The translations under genes were made by a program, and so were the position numbers. Of a stretch of 64,000 nucleotides of DNA, positions 17,882 to 26,875 are shown piece by piece. This stretch comes from Candidatus Daviesbacteria bacterium RIFCSPLOWO2_01_FULL_39_23. GTDB taxonomy: Bacteria; Patescibacteriota; Microgenomatia; Daviesbacterales; UBA10151. Position 1 is the stretch's first letter. The number at the start of each line of letters is the position of its first letter. Below the pieces are notes generated by a model. The model worked only from the letters and a program-made list of their open reading frames with translations, was not told where the DNA came from and searched no databases. The DNA is taken from positions 2,505 through 66,504 of the forward strand of contig MFDN01000005.1 in NCBI GenBank assembly GCA_001776935.1, given 5' to 3'.

Positions 17882-18922
17882 ATGGCAGAAGCAGCACCAA
17901 GTCAGGAACCTTCAGGGACTCCCAAAGCACCTATTGATTCTCGAATCCCTATTTATGCAGATGAAGAATTTATGAAGTTTGCAAAAACTGATCCTAATGC
18001 TAGCCCAGAACAAGTGCACCAATATATGACTCAATCATTGACTAATGCTGAAAAAAGAGTCCGATACGAGGACTTACTTGCTCAAAATTTAAGTACAGGT
18101 GATGCAATTAAATCAGGAGAGCTTTCCCCTGAACAATTTGCAGACGAAGCAACAGAAAGACAATTAGCGCAAGAAAGAGAAATTGCTGAATTGAAAAGAG
18201 AAAAGGCCGCTATGGAACAATTAGTAGACAGGGATCCGTATAATCCTGAAGTTCTTTCGTATAATGGCTTTTACAGAGCCATGAAGATAAGATTAGCAAT
18301 CTGCAGGCGAAATAATATTCAATATATGGTGATGTACGCTATGGATATAGACGGTTTCGGAGAATACAACAATAGGAACGATACATTTGATGAAGAAGGG
18401 CAATCTGTTGTTTCCGGAAATCACGTTGAAGGAGATAAAGCGCTCGGTCTGGCCGGAGGTCTTATAAAGAACGCAGTCAGAGTAGAAGATATTGTAGCCA
18501 GATTACACGGAGATGAATATGTCGTAGTGACAAATAATATGCATCGTGACGAGAGAGTTATGGTAGCAGAAAGAATGAGAGAAGCTATTGCCGAAATGCC
18601 AACCTTGCTGGGGACACCCATACCACTCACAGCCAGCATAGGAATGATTATAATAGGTCCGGAATTGACACAGAGGAATTTCAAGTCAGATGAAGAACTC
18701 AAGGAGGCAGTCGATAAGGCGTATGCATTGGCGGATCGAGTTCAATATGTAGGAGCAAAACATGCCGGCAAAAACAGAATAGGGGTTGGGGATTACGAAA
18801 CCGGCAAAATTCAAACTGTCGTTTTTAATAAACGATTCACCTCACCGCCCTTCGACTATGAAGACCCTGCCCCTATTCCTCAATCCCGGGAAGCTATTTT
18901 AAAACATACAAGGCCTTCTTAG
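17882..18922 (+). CDS. GGDEF-domain protein with degenerate active site (HGDEY) and N-terminal coiled-coil region
   Basis: MDIDGFGEYN...GDKALGL...ARLHGDEYVVV...ASIGMII...LADRVQYVGAKHAGKNRIGV matches the GGDEF fold. The RxGGDEF motif is replaced by LHGDEY. Confidence 0.6.
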   Translation: MAEAAPSQEPSGTPKAPIDSRIPIYADEEFMKFAKTDPNASPEQVHQYMTQSLTNAEKRVRYEDLLAQNLSTGDAIKSGELSPEQFADEATERQLAQEREIAELKREKAAMEQLVDRDPYNPEVLSYNGFYRAMKIRLAICRRNNIQYMVMYAMDIDGFGEYNNRNDTFDEEGQSVVSGNHVEGDKALGLAGGLIKNAVRVEDIVARLHGDEYVVVTNNMHRDERVMVAERMREAIAEMPTLLGTPIPLTASIGMIIIGPELTQRNFKSDEELKEAVDKAYALADRVQYVGAKHAGKNRIGVGDYETGKIQTVVFNKRFTSPPFDYEDPAPIPQSREAILKHTRPS

Positions 18923-19970
18923 TGCCGCCACTCTTTTTAACTAAACCCTTTTGCCTTAGGAATTTAAGTTCACGCAAAACTGTATCATCAGAATGATCCG
19001 GAAAAATCTTCCTGAAATCTTTATTGGATAAGCCTTTGTGACGGTGAATATATTCCATAATCATCATTTGCCGCTCATTTAACATAATCTGTGACCCCAG
19101 CTTATCTTTGATCCTGGCATCCACAGAAATCCTTTGCACTTTTTCTTTGACCCTGTTTAGCTCTATTGCCACCCCTTCTGTAAAATATTCAAGCCAGGGG
19201 GTTAAATCACGCTCATGTGTATCCAGTACGAGCTGGTTTGATACAGCTTGTAGTGTTAAGTAATAGTTCATCGGATTTTCATCAAAATACTCCTCAAAAG
19301 AGAAAAACTTTCTTATATCATAGCCATCCAAAAATAAAATCAGCGTGGCAGTTGCCCTTGCTACCCTGCCATTTCCGTCCACAAAAGGGTGAATTCTTGC
19401 CAGCTCATAATGGATGATCCCTGCTTTGATAATTGGATGAATTTCTCTTGCCTCATCTGAGTTAATCCAGTTAACCAGATCCTCCACCAGATACGGCACC
19501 TCAACTGCCGGAGGAGGAGTATAGGAAATTTGTCCGGTTTTGGTATTTTTTACAACCACCTGCCTTAATCTAAACTTACCGGATGATTCAGGCGGCAAAA
19601 TCTTCTCCGTAGTCAGTTTGTGCATTTCTAAAATTGTTTCTATTGTGAAAGAGTAGCTGCCTGAGGGGCCGATTTGCGTAAACACTGCCTCAATAAACTT
19701 TAAAACATTCCGGTAATTTATAACCTCCTGCACATCTCTGTCCCGGGCAATAACTTCAGTGCCTTCTAAAACATCCCTCACTTCCTCCGAGGATAAAGGG
19801 TTTCCTTCCAGATGAGTTCCATGATGGATAGTCCGCTCAATTGCTTCTTTCCTAAACTTGGCTTCCCATGCCGGCACCAAAGGCGCATTCATGATGATTT
19901 CGCGACTGGCCTCCACTACGCCGATATCTTTTAATATCTTGTTTGTGATTGTGTATTTGGGGATAAACAT
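18894..19970 (-). CDS. Fic family protein (Fido domain) with C-terminal winged-helix domain
   Basis: HPFVDGNGRVARA Fic motif and N-terminal THLEGN-type motif. 358 aa. Confidence 0.8.
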   Translation of the reverse strand: MFIPKYTITNKILKDIGVVEASREIIMNAPLVPAWEAKFRKEAIERTIHHGTHLEGNPLSSEEVRDVLEGTEVIARDRDVQEVINYRNVLKFIEAVFTQIGPSGSYSFTIETILEMHKLTTEKILPPESSGKFRLRQVVVKNTKTGQISYTPPPAVEVPYLVEDLVNWINSDEAREIHPIIKAGIIHYELARIHPFVDGNGRVARATATLILFLDGYDIRKFFSFEEYFDENPMNYYLTLQAVSNQLVLDTHERDLTPWLEYFTEGVAIELNRVKEKVQRISVDARIKDKLGSQIMLNERQMMIMEYIHRHKGLSNKDFRKIFPDHSDDTVLRELKFLRQKGLVKKSGGTKKALYVLK

Positions 19971-20077
19971 TTTGTTAGCGTTTAGCGTATAGATAATAGC
20001 GTATAGTTGAATTTTAACTACACGCTATACGCTACCCACTATACCCTATTATTACCCATTTCCCGCAAAAAATCTAA

Positions 20078-20581
20078 TCATGTTGTAATGTCGCAGGTCA
20101 AGCGATTAATTTCCATCACGATCACCCACTTCTCTATTCCCAAATCTTTGATGTAGCTTTCTAATTTATCAAAGACACTTCTTTTACTAATCCAGACACT
20201 CTTTTGTAAATGTTTAAAACCCCATTTCTTAAGATTCCTTCTAAAAAGATTTCTTATTATTCTTTTTTCTTCCGGAATATCAAATATCACTACTCTCCAC
20301 TTCCCGTCCCATTTCTTTTCTTCAGATTGATTATCAACAAGGTCTTTTCCTGCTTCTGTTAACTTAATTAAAACATCATTTTTAAGCTTAATTTGTTCAA
20401 TTAACCCGCCTTCTCTTAATCTTTTTAATGCTTGAGACAGAGAAGATTTTTTTAAATCCGGAATACCGTGGTGATAGCGGTAATGGTGATAGGCAAAATC
20501 TTCCAAGCGGATATAACCATCTATTGTTTTTTCTAGAGCAAACAAAATTGCATTTGTTAAACTCTTTTTATAAACCCTCAT
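20078..20581 (-). CDS. PaaX-like transcriptional regulator (small, wHTH + WDGKW domain), paralog 1
   Basis: WDGKWRVVIFDIPEEKRIIRNLFRRNLKKWGFKHLQKSVWISK resembles the WDGKW region of E. coli PaaX. The N-terminus is wHTH-like. Highly similar to 34375..34893. Confidence 0.55.
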   Translation of the reverse strand: MRVYKKSLTNAILFALEKTIDGYIRLEDFAYHHYRYHHGIPDLKKSSLSQALKRLREGGLIEQIKLKNDVLIKLTEAGKDLVDNQSEEKKWDGKWRVVIFDIPEEKRIIRNLFRRNLKKWGFKHLQKSVWISKRSVFDKLESYIKDLGIEKWVIVMEINRLTCDITT

Positions 20582-20591
20582 ACCAATTCAT

Positions 20592-20605
20592 TGTACGATC
20601 GTACA
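20592..20605. promoter_or_regulatory. Perfect palindrome tgtacgatcgtaca (candidate operator)
   Basis: 14-bp perfect palindrome 11 bp upstream of the PaaX-like gene start, in the divergent intergenic region. The CACGATCG core recurs at 7318-7331, 34349-34383 and 34896-34927. Confidence 0.4.
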
Positions 20606-20742
20606 CCAAAATGTCAATAATATAGATTATATAAGACAACCCTATTTTGCAGGCAATCCCTTGTTTGTGAAGTTTTAACTTAAAAAGACCTACCCCTCAA
20701 GACTTGCCAAGCTAAATACAAAGGCTTAATATAACTATAATC

Positions 20743-21045
20743 ATGAGGATAGTACAAACAAGTGTAATTATTATTGGAAGCTTTGCAGCAACTATTCTTA
20801 GTGTCTATTCGCCTCTTAATGGCATTAAAATGCCAAATGCAATCTATTGCGGACCACCAGCAGGTCTACCTTTTGCTTTTATTTTAGCGAAATGGAAACT
20901 ACCTCCAAATACTGTAACTTGTATGGCTGTACTATCTCCTCAAATGGCTTTAATTGCGTTACTGCTGGACTTAATTATTTGGTTAATAATTCTAATAATT
21001 ATTAGTTGGGGCTTAAACCTCTTGGTGAGACTACGCAGTCATTAA
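20743..21045 (+). CDS. Hypothetical small membrane protein
   Basis: 100 aa with two hydrophobic segments, divergent from the PaaX-like gene. No recognisable family. Confidence 0.3.
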   Translation: MRIVQTSVIIIGSFAATILSVYSPLNGIKMPNAIYCGPPAGLPFAFILAKWKLPPNTVTCMAVLSPQMALIALLLDLIIWLIILIIISWGLNLLVRLRSH

Positions 21046-21152
21046 TGAACTACTCAGTAGTTACTGCCGAGTATCCCTTCGGGCAAGTTCTTCTGTAAAC
21101 TATCCATCTCCCCAGTGGCGGGAGGTATTCTGGTTCAAGAATAAACTCAATC

Positions 21153-24100
21153 CTAGTTTCCGACATACTCATCCCAACTTTTAATTTGTAGATCTTCTAC
21201 TTTTTTGCTAGCCAGGCTGGTTATTAAAAGCTCTGCTGCCTGCAGGTTAGTTATCAAAGGAATACCCAAATCCACACAATTCCTTCTTAAAATAAATCCG
21301 TCAGTTTCGCCTTTTTCCACCCCTCCCTCAGATATATTTATCACAAGATCAATCCCCTCGTTTAGAAGACTTAGCACAGAAGGTTCTCTTTTTTCTGCAA
21401 TTTTATAGATTCTGGTATTTTCAATGCCATGACTTTTTAGAAACTCTGAAGTATGGTGGGTGGCATATATTTTTAAACCTAAATTAATAAGCTGTTTTGC
21501 AGAAAGCAGCAAATCAAGTTTATTTTTATCCCCTCCCAAAGACAGCAATACTCCTTTTTTGGGTATTTTAAACCCAACAGCCAAAATGGCTTTAAGATAA
21601 GCCTCCTGCAGGTCATCCCCAAAACAAGCCACCTCCCCTGTTGAGGACATTTCCACCCGGAGTCTCGGATCCGCTCCTTTAATCCGGGAAAAAGAAAACT
21701 GCGGAGCTTTAACTCCCACATAATCTAAATCTATGGTCTTAAATCCATTGGTAAGTTTTTCTCCCATCATAACTTTTGTGGCCAATTCCACAAAGTTATA
21801 TCCTGTTACTTTGGAGACAAAAGGGAAAGACCTGGAAGCCCGGAGGTTTAATTCAATCACCTGTATTTTATTGTCTTTTGCCAAAAATTGAATATTGAAA
21901 GGGCCATTGATATTTAAAGCCTGAATAATCTTTTTGGTGGCCTCTTTTACCTTCCTGACAGTCTCAAGATAAAGCCTTTGAGGCGGCAAAACAATGGTGG
22001 CATCACCTGAGTGTACGCCGGCATTTTCCACATGTTCTGAGATGGCATAAATCAAAAGTTCCCCGCTTTGCCCTACTCCGTCAACTTCAATTTCTTTCGC
22101 CCCTTCTACAAACTTGGAAATTACCACCGGATGTTCGGGAGAAATATCCGAGGCGCTTTTTAAGTGCTTGGTTAGCTCAATAGAAGAATATGCCACATTC
22201 ATGGCAGAACCGGATAACACATAAGACGGCCTGACTAAAACCGGGTAACCGATTTTCTTGGCAAATGTTAAAGCCTCATCTACTCCTTTTAAGCTCTGCC
22301 ATCCCGGCTGTTCTATTCCTAGTGTGTCTAAAAGCTTAGAAAACTTATTACGGTCTTCTGCCCGGTCAATATTTTCAGGGGAAGTTCCCAGTATTTTATA
22401 ACCGGCCTTAAAACAAGCGATTGCCAAATTGTTGGGTACCTGTCCCCCAAAACTTAAAACAAGGTTGGCATTTTCTTCAATATCATAAATGTCACTAACT
22501 CGCTCAAAGGTCAGCTGTTCAAAATACAATTTATCCGCGCTGTCAAAATCTGTAGAAACTGTTTCCGGATTACAATTTATAATAATTGTTTCTAACCCTT
22601 TTTCCCTTAATGTTTTGGCTGCTGTTACACAGCACCAATCAAATTCCACAGAAGAACCAATCCTGTAAGGGCCGGAGCCAAGGACAATTGCTTTTTCGCT
22701 TTTCGCTATTAGCTTTTCGCTGTTAGCTTCTGATTCTTCTCCATGATATGTCAGATATAAATAATTTGTTTTAGCCGGGAATTCTCCTGCTAAAGTATCA
22801 ATATGTTTTACAACCGGTACTATGCCATGTTTCTTTCTGAATTCTCTAACTTTTTCTTGGGTGGTTTTAAATGCTTTAGCCAGTACTTTATCTGAAAAAC
22901 CTAATCTTTTTGCATCAAGAACGCTTTTCGCTGTTAACCCGCCTGCGACGCTATGCGTAGCATTGCGGGCAGGCTGTTGGCTTTTAGCTGCTAATGGCGA
23001 ATGGCCAATAGCTAATAGCTTTTTCTCAAACTCCACCATCTCTTTTATCTGATACAAAAACCATGGATCAATCCCTGTGGCCTGATAAATATCTTCTACT
23101 GATTCACCTTTACTAAGCCTTTTGGCAATGGCAAAAAGCCGCTCTGTGGTGGGCAAAAGCTGTGTATCATCTGTACCGTTTTCTAAAAGCCCATCCTGCC
23201 CTGTTTCAAGCATCCTGATGGCTTTTTGCAACACTTCCGGAAAAGATCTGCCTATTGCCATCACCTCTCCCACGCTTTTCATCTCCGAACCGATCGCTTC
23301 TTTTGCTCCCGCAAACTTTTGCAAATCCCACCTTGGAAGCTTAATCACAATATAATCCAAAGCCGGCTCAAAAAAGGCTGAAGTCGATAAAGTAACTCTA
23401 TTTTTAAGCTGCGGCAGATTGTAACCCAAGGCAATTTTGGCAGCAATATAAGCCAAAGGATAACCTGTGGCTTTAGAGGCTAAAGCTGAAGAACGCGACA
23501 ACCTGGCATTAACCTCTATCACCCGGTAATCATTATTCTCCGGATTTAGGGCAAATTGGATATTGCACTCCCCTACAATCCCCAAATACTCAATCACTTG
23601 TAGAGATAACTTGCGTAAAAAATGATACTGGTAATTATTTAAAGTTTGCGAAGGAGCTACCACAATACTCTCACCGGTATGAATCCCCAAAGGATCCATA
23701 TTTTCCATATTACAAACAGTGATTTTATTACCCTTATTATCCCGGACCACTTCATACTCCACCTCTTTCCAATGTTTTAAATATTCTTCAATAGCAATCT
23801 GCGGAGCCTGACTCAAAGCACTGGTGACCATTTTAATAAATTCCTCCTTACTTTCAACTACTCCTGAACCTAAACCTCCTAAAGAAAAACCGGATCGTAT
23901 AAGAAGCGGATACTCTAACTTCTCAGCAATTTCCAGAGCCTGATTCAAACTTTTGGCAAAACCGCCGACGGGAACTTTGACGCCAATTTTTGCAAGTTCC
24001 CCGGCAAAAAGCTCCCGGTCTTCCGTAATTTCTATACTTTTTACAGGAGTACCTAAAACCTTAACGCCATACTTTTTAAAAATCCCGTTCTTTTCCAAAG

Positions 24101-24383
24101 CCAAACCGCAATTTAAGGCAGTCTGCCCGCCAAAACTTAAAAGTATCGCATCGGGTTTTTCCTTTTTTATCACTTTTTCAACAAATAATGGAGTTACCGG
24201 TAAAAAATAAATCTTACGCGCAAGCTCTTTGGAGGTTTGAATAGTGGCAATATTAGGGTTTATTAAAACCGATTCAATGCCTTCTTCTTTTAGGGCTTTT
24301 AAAGCTTGCGAGCCTGAATAATCAAACTCGCCTGCTTCCCCGATTTTTAATGCTCCTGAACCTAAAACTAGTACTTTTTTCAT
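21153..24383 (-). CDS. carB: Carbamoyl-phosphate synthase large subunit
   Basis: 1076 aa with two ATP-grasp halves and an MGS-like C-terminal domain. In-frame repeat insertions at about 22680-22735 and 22920-23035 (encoding ...GHSPLAAKSQQPARNATHSVAGGLTA...). Confidence 0.95.
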   Translation of the reverse strand: MKKVLVLGSGALKIGEAGEFDYSGSQALKALKEEGIESVLINPNIATIQTSKELARKIYFLPVTPLFVEKVIKKEKPDAILLSFGGQTALNCGLALEKNGIFKKYGVKVLGTPVKSIEITEDRELFAGELAKIGVKVPVGGFAKSLNQALEIAEKLEYPLLIRSGFSLGGLGSGVVESKEEFIKMVTSALSQAPQIAIEEYLKHWKEVEYEVVRDNKGNKITVCNMENMDPLGIHTGESIVVAPSQTLNNYQYHFLRKLSLQVIEYLGIVGECNIQFALNPENNDYRVIEVNARLSRSSALASKATGYPLAYIAAKIALGYNLPQLKNRVTLSTSAFFEPALDYIVIKLPRWDLQKFAGAKEAIGSEMKSVGEVMAIGRSFPEVLQKAIRMLETGQDGLLENGTDDTQLLPTTERLFAIAKRLSKGESVEDIYQATGIDPWFLYQIKEMVEFEKKLLAIGHSPLAAKSQQPARNATHSVAGGLTAKSVLDAKRLGFSDKVLAKAFKTTQEKVREFRKKHGIVPVVKHIDTLAGEFPAKTNYLYLTYHGEESEANSEKLIAKSEKAIVLGSGPYRIGSSVEFDWCCVTAAKTLREKGLETIIINCNPETVSTDFDSADKLYFEQLTFERVSDIYDIEENANLVLSFGGQVPNNLAIACFKAGYKILGTSPENIDRAEDRNKFSKLLDTLGIEQPGWQSLKGVDEALTFAKKIGYPVLVRPSYVLSGSAMNVAYSSIELTKHLKSASDISPEHPVVISKFVEGAKEIEVDGVGQSGELLIYAISEHVENAGVHSGDATIVLPPQRLYLETVRKVKEATKKIIQALNINGPFNIQFLAKDNKIQVIELNLRASRSFPFVSKVTGYNFVELATKVMMGEKLTNGFKTIDLDYVGVKAPQFSFSRIKGADPRLRVEMSSTGEVACFGDDLQEAYLKAILAVGFKIPKKGVLLSLGGDKNKLDLLLSAKQLINLGLKIYATHHTSEFLKSHGIENTRIYKIAEKREPSVLSLLNEGIDLVINISEGGVEKGETDGFILRRNCVDLGIPLITNLQAAELLITSLASKKVEDLQIKSWDEYVGN

Positions 24384-24394
24384 AATGTCCCTTC

Positions 24395-24477
24395 TGTCAT
24401 TCTGAGCGTAGCGAAGAATCTCTTGACTTGTTCAAGGTTCCAAACTAGATCCTTCGGCTAATCGCCTCAGGATGACA
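24395..24477. mobile_element. MITE-like repeat filling the carA-carB intergenic region
   Basis: tgtcattctgagcgtagcgaagaatctc...gatccttcggctaatcgcctcaggatgaca. Abuts the carA stop codon and ends 11 nt from the carB start. Confidence 0.75.
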
Positions 24478-25572
24478 CTAAAGAAAGCTAATAAATTCAT
24501 CAAACAAGTATCCACCATCAACCGGCCCCGGATTTGCTTCCGGATGAAACTGCACAGCCATAAATGGTTTTTTCTTATGCCTGATCCCCTCATTCGTGCC
24601 GTCATTTAAATTCACAAACCATTCCTGCCAACCTGAACCCATAGACTTGATATCTACTGCAAAACCATGATTTTGAGAAGTAATAATAGCCTTCTTTGTA
24701 ATTTGATCTTGTATGGGTTGATTTTGGCCCCGATGGCCAAATTTCAGTTTGTATGTATTTCCACCTGCTGCTAAAGATAAAATCTGACTGCCTAAACAGA
24801 TTCCAAAAGTAGGGATATTTTTGTTTAGAATCTGCTCTACATTTTCTATGGTTTGTTTTGCCTGTTTTGGGTCTCCGGGACCATTGGAAATAAGCACCCC
24901 GTCAAAATCAATTTTTGCATCCAGTGGATTAAAATCCCAAGGCACCCGGGTAACTTTCACCCCTCTTTTCACCAAACTCCTGATGATATTTTCCTTCGCC
25001 CCGCAATCTATTAAAACAATGTTTTTCTTCCCTGATCCATAAACTTCTACCTCTTTACAGCTTACATAAGGCAGGATATTTTCTTTGTTGGGATCATAAG
25101 TAAAGTCGCCAGTCGCTAGAGTCGAGAGTCTAGACTTTGTGTTACTTGACTCTTGACTCTTGACTCTTGACTCTACCTCTATCCGGCCCAGCATCACTCC
25201 ATGTTCCCGGAGCTTTATAGTCAAAGCCCGGGTGTCAATGCCTTGCAAAGCCGGGATTTTTTCCTCTCTTAACCATTCTCCTAATGTTTTTTCACTTTCA
25301 AAATGCGACGGATGATCAATATAATTTTGCACAATCAATCCTTTTACCTGTATCTTTTTCGATTCCCAAAAATCCTTTTTTGGAACCCCGTAATTGCCTT
25401 GCAAAGGATAGGTTAAAACCAAAATCTGACCAAAATAAGAAGGATCTGTTAAAGCTTCAGGATAACCCACCATACTGGTATTAAATACCACTTCACCAGA
25501 CGTGCTGCCTTCAAATCCAAAACTTTTTCCTAAAAAAACTGTCCCATCGGACAGTGTCAGTTTACCATCCAT
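24478..25572 (-). CDS. carA: Carbamoyl-phosphate synthase small subunit (glutamine amidotransferase)
   Basis: 364 aa. GICLGSQ amidotransferase Cys motif. In-frame (gagtcaa)n insertion encoding VESRVKSQESSNTKSRLSTLA. Confidence 0.9.
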   Translation of the reverse strand: MDGKLTLSDGTVFLGKSFGFEGSTSGEVVFNTSMVGYPEALTDPSYFGQILVLTYPLQGNYGVPKKDFWESKKIQVKGLIVQNYIDHPSHFESEKTLGEWLREEKIPALQGIDTRALTIKLREHGVMLGRIEVESRVKSQESSNTKSRLSTLATGDFTYDPNKENILPYVSCKEVEVYGSGKKNIVLIDCGAKENIIRSLVKRGVKVTRVPWDFNPLDAKIDFDGVLISNGPGDPKQAKQTIENVEQILNKNIPTFGICLGSQILSLAAGGNTYKLKFGHRGQNQPIQDQITKKAIITSQNHGFAVDIKSMGSGWQEWFVNLNDGTNEGIRHKKKPFMAVQFHPEANPGPVDGGYLFDEFISFL

Positions 25573-25586
25573 AATATTTAAAATTC

Positions 25587-26519
25587 TTACAGTCTACCCA
25601 AAACTAAAGCCAATAATGCTTCCCGAATATATAAACCATTCTTTGCCTGCTTAAAATAAATGGCATTTTCATGACTATCCAAAGCCGGATCGATCTCGTT
25701 CACCCGGGGCAAAGGATGCATCAGTTTTACACCTTTATCCAGATATTTTCTAAAAGGGGCTCCCAGCACAAACAAATCTTTTACTTTTTCATACTCTTTT
25801 AAATCATCAAACCTTTCTTTTTGCACACGGGTTTGATACAAAAAATCCGCATCCAAATCATCCGGAAGTTTCTCAAATTCCTCAAACTCTACTCTTCTTT
25901 CTTTTAATATTTTTAAAAATTCCTCCGGCATTTTAAGCTTCGGGTGAGAAATAAAAATCTGCTTAACCTTAAATTGACTTAAAGCCAAAGATAACGCATG
26001 AACAGTCCTGCCATATTTTAAATCTCCCATCAAAGCTACTTTAATTCCGTCAATCTTGCCTGCTTCTTTCATAATGGTGTATAAATCCAGCATTGTTTGG
26101 GTAGGATGCTGGTTAGGCCCGTCTCCGGCATTTATCACCGGAATATCTGCCACCTCTGCTGCTTCTTTGGCAGCGCCGGACTCCGGATGCCGCATAATTA
26201 AAACATCGGCATAGGCGTTCATAATCCGAATCGTATCTCGGAAACTTTCGCCTTTATGAATAGAGGTAGATTCAGGGTCATTAAAACCGATTATTCCCAT
26301 GCCGATTTTTTGGGAAGCAGAGCGGAAAGATTGTTCTGTGCGGGTGGATTGTTCAAAAAACAAAACAGCGGCGATTTTACCCTGGGCAATTTCATAATTG
26401 GACCTGTCCCTTTTAACAAAAGTCGGATCAAATCTCTTGGCTTCAGAAAGCACGTATAATAATTCTTCCCTTGAGAAGTCGTTTATATCTATAATATCTC
26501 TGCCTTTAAATGTTTTCAT
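25587..26519 (-). CDS. pyrB: Aspartate carbamoyltransferase catalytic subunit
   Basis: STRTR and HPLP motifs. 310 aa. Confidence 0.9.
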   Translation of the reverse strand: MKTFKGRDIIDINDFSREELLYVLSEAKRFDPTFVKRDRSNYEIAQGKIAAVLFFEQSTRTEQSFRSASQKIGMGIIGFNDPESTSIHKGESFRDTIRIMNAYADVLIMRHPESGAAKEAAEVADIPVINAGDGPNQHPTQTMLDLYTIMKEAGKIDGIKVALMGDLKYGRTVHALSLALSQFKVKQIFISHPKLKMPEEFLKILKERRVEFEEFEKLPDDLDADFLYQTRVQKERFDDLKEYEKVKDLFVLGAPFRKYLDKGVKLMHPLPRVNEIDPALDSHENAIYFKQAKNGLYIREALLALVLGRL

Positions 26520-26520
26520 A

Positions 26521-26669
26521 TGTCATTCTGGCCTGTCCAGAATCCTTTCTGTCATTTTGTTGTCATTCTGATCCCGATGTATATCGGGAGAAGAATCTCT
26601 AGATTAATTCTAGATACATCTTAAACAAGTTAAGAGATCCTTCTGGTCCAATGGACCATCAGGATGACA
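26521..26669. mobile_element. Composite or nested MITE-like repeats directly upstream of the pyrB start codon
   Basis: tgtcattctggcc..., ctgtcattttg..., tgtcattctgatcccgatgt...agaagaatctctagat...gagatccttctggtccaatggaccatcaggatgaca. Begins 1 nt from the pyrB ATG. Confidence 0.7.
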
Positions 26670-26705
26670 ATTTACGTTTTAATCATTTTACGTAAATTGT
26701 CAAAA

Positions 26706-26740
26706 AAAACCGCCCCTCCAAGGCGGTGTTAAATTCTATT
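26706..26740 (-). terminator. Rho-independent terminator (minus strand)
   Basis: The minus strand reads aacaccgccttggaggggcgg followed by a T8 run. Lies downstream of orf 26876..27805. Confidence 0.55.
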
Positions 26741-26875
26741 AAACTCTACATTAAAAATGCGTTTTACCATAACTAAATACTCAAACTTATTGCTAGTTTA
26801 GGTTAAAACTCCCCTTCTGTCAATACTGAGTGAAACCGAATGTGTCAAGTTTTTAAATACGTTTGACTAATCACC

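Noticed and set aside
20078-20581. Cas2 gene (V-V-I-F-D-I-P-E-x-KR motif)
   Set aside because: The WDGKW context matches PaaX-family regulators. There is no cas1 or CRISPR array nearby. The Cas2-like resemblance is kept only as a fold-level hypothesis.
21046-21152. Possible small structured RNA downstream of carB (cccttcggg hairpins, GGTTCAAGAAT)
   Set aside because: There is no convincing match to tmRNA, SRP or 6S signatures, no terminator-like T-run, and the hairpins are short. The evidence is not enough to call an RNA gene.
21205-24210. Multiple short plus-strand ORFs inside carB and other long genes (e.g. 1658-1855, 22822-23052, 51026-51334)
   Set aside because: They are antisense shadow ORFs within well-supported long coding regions.
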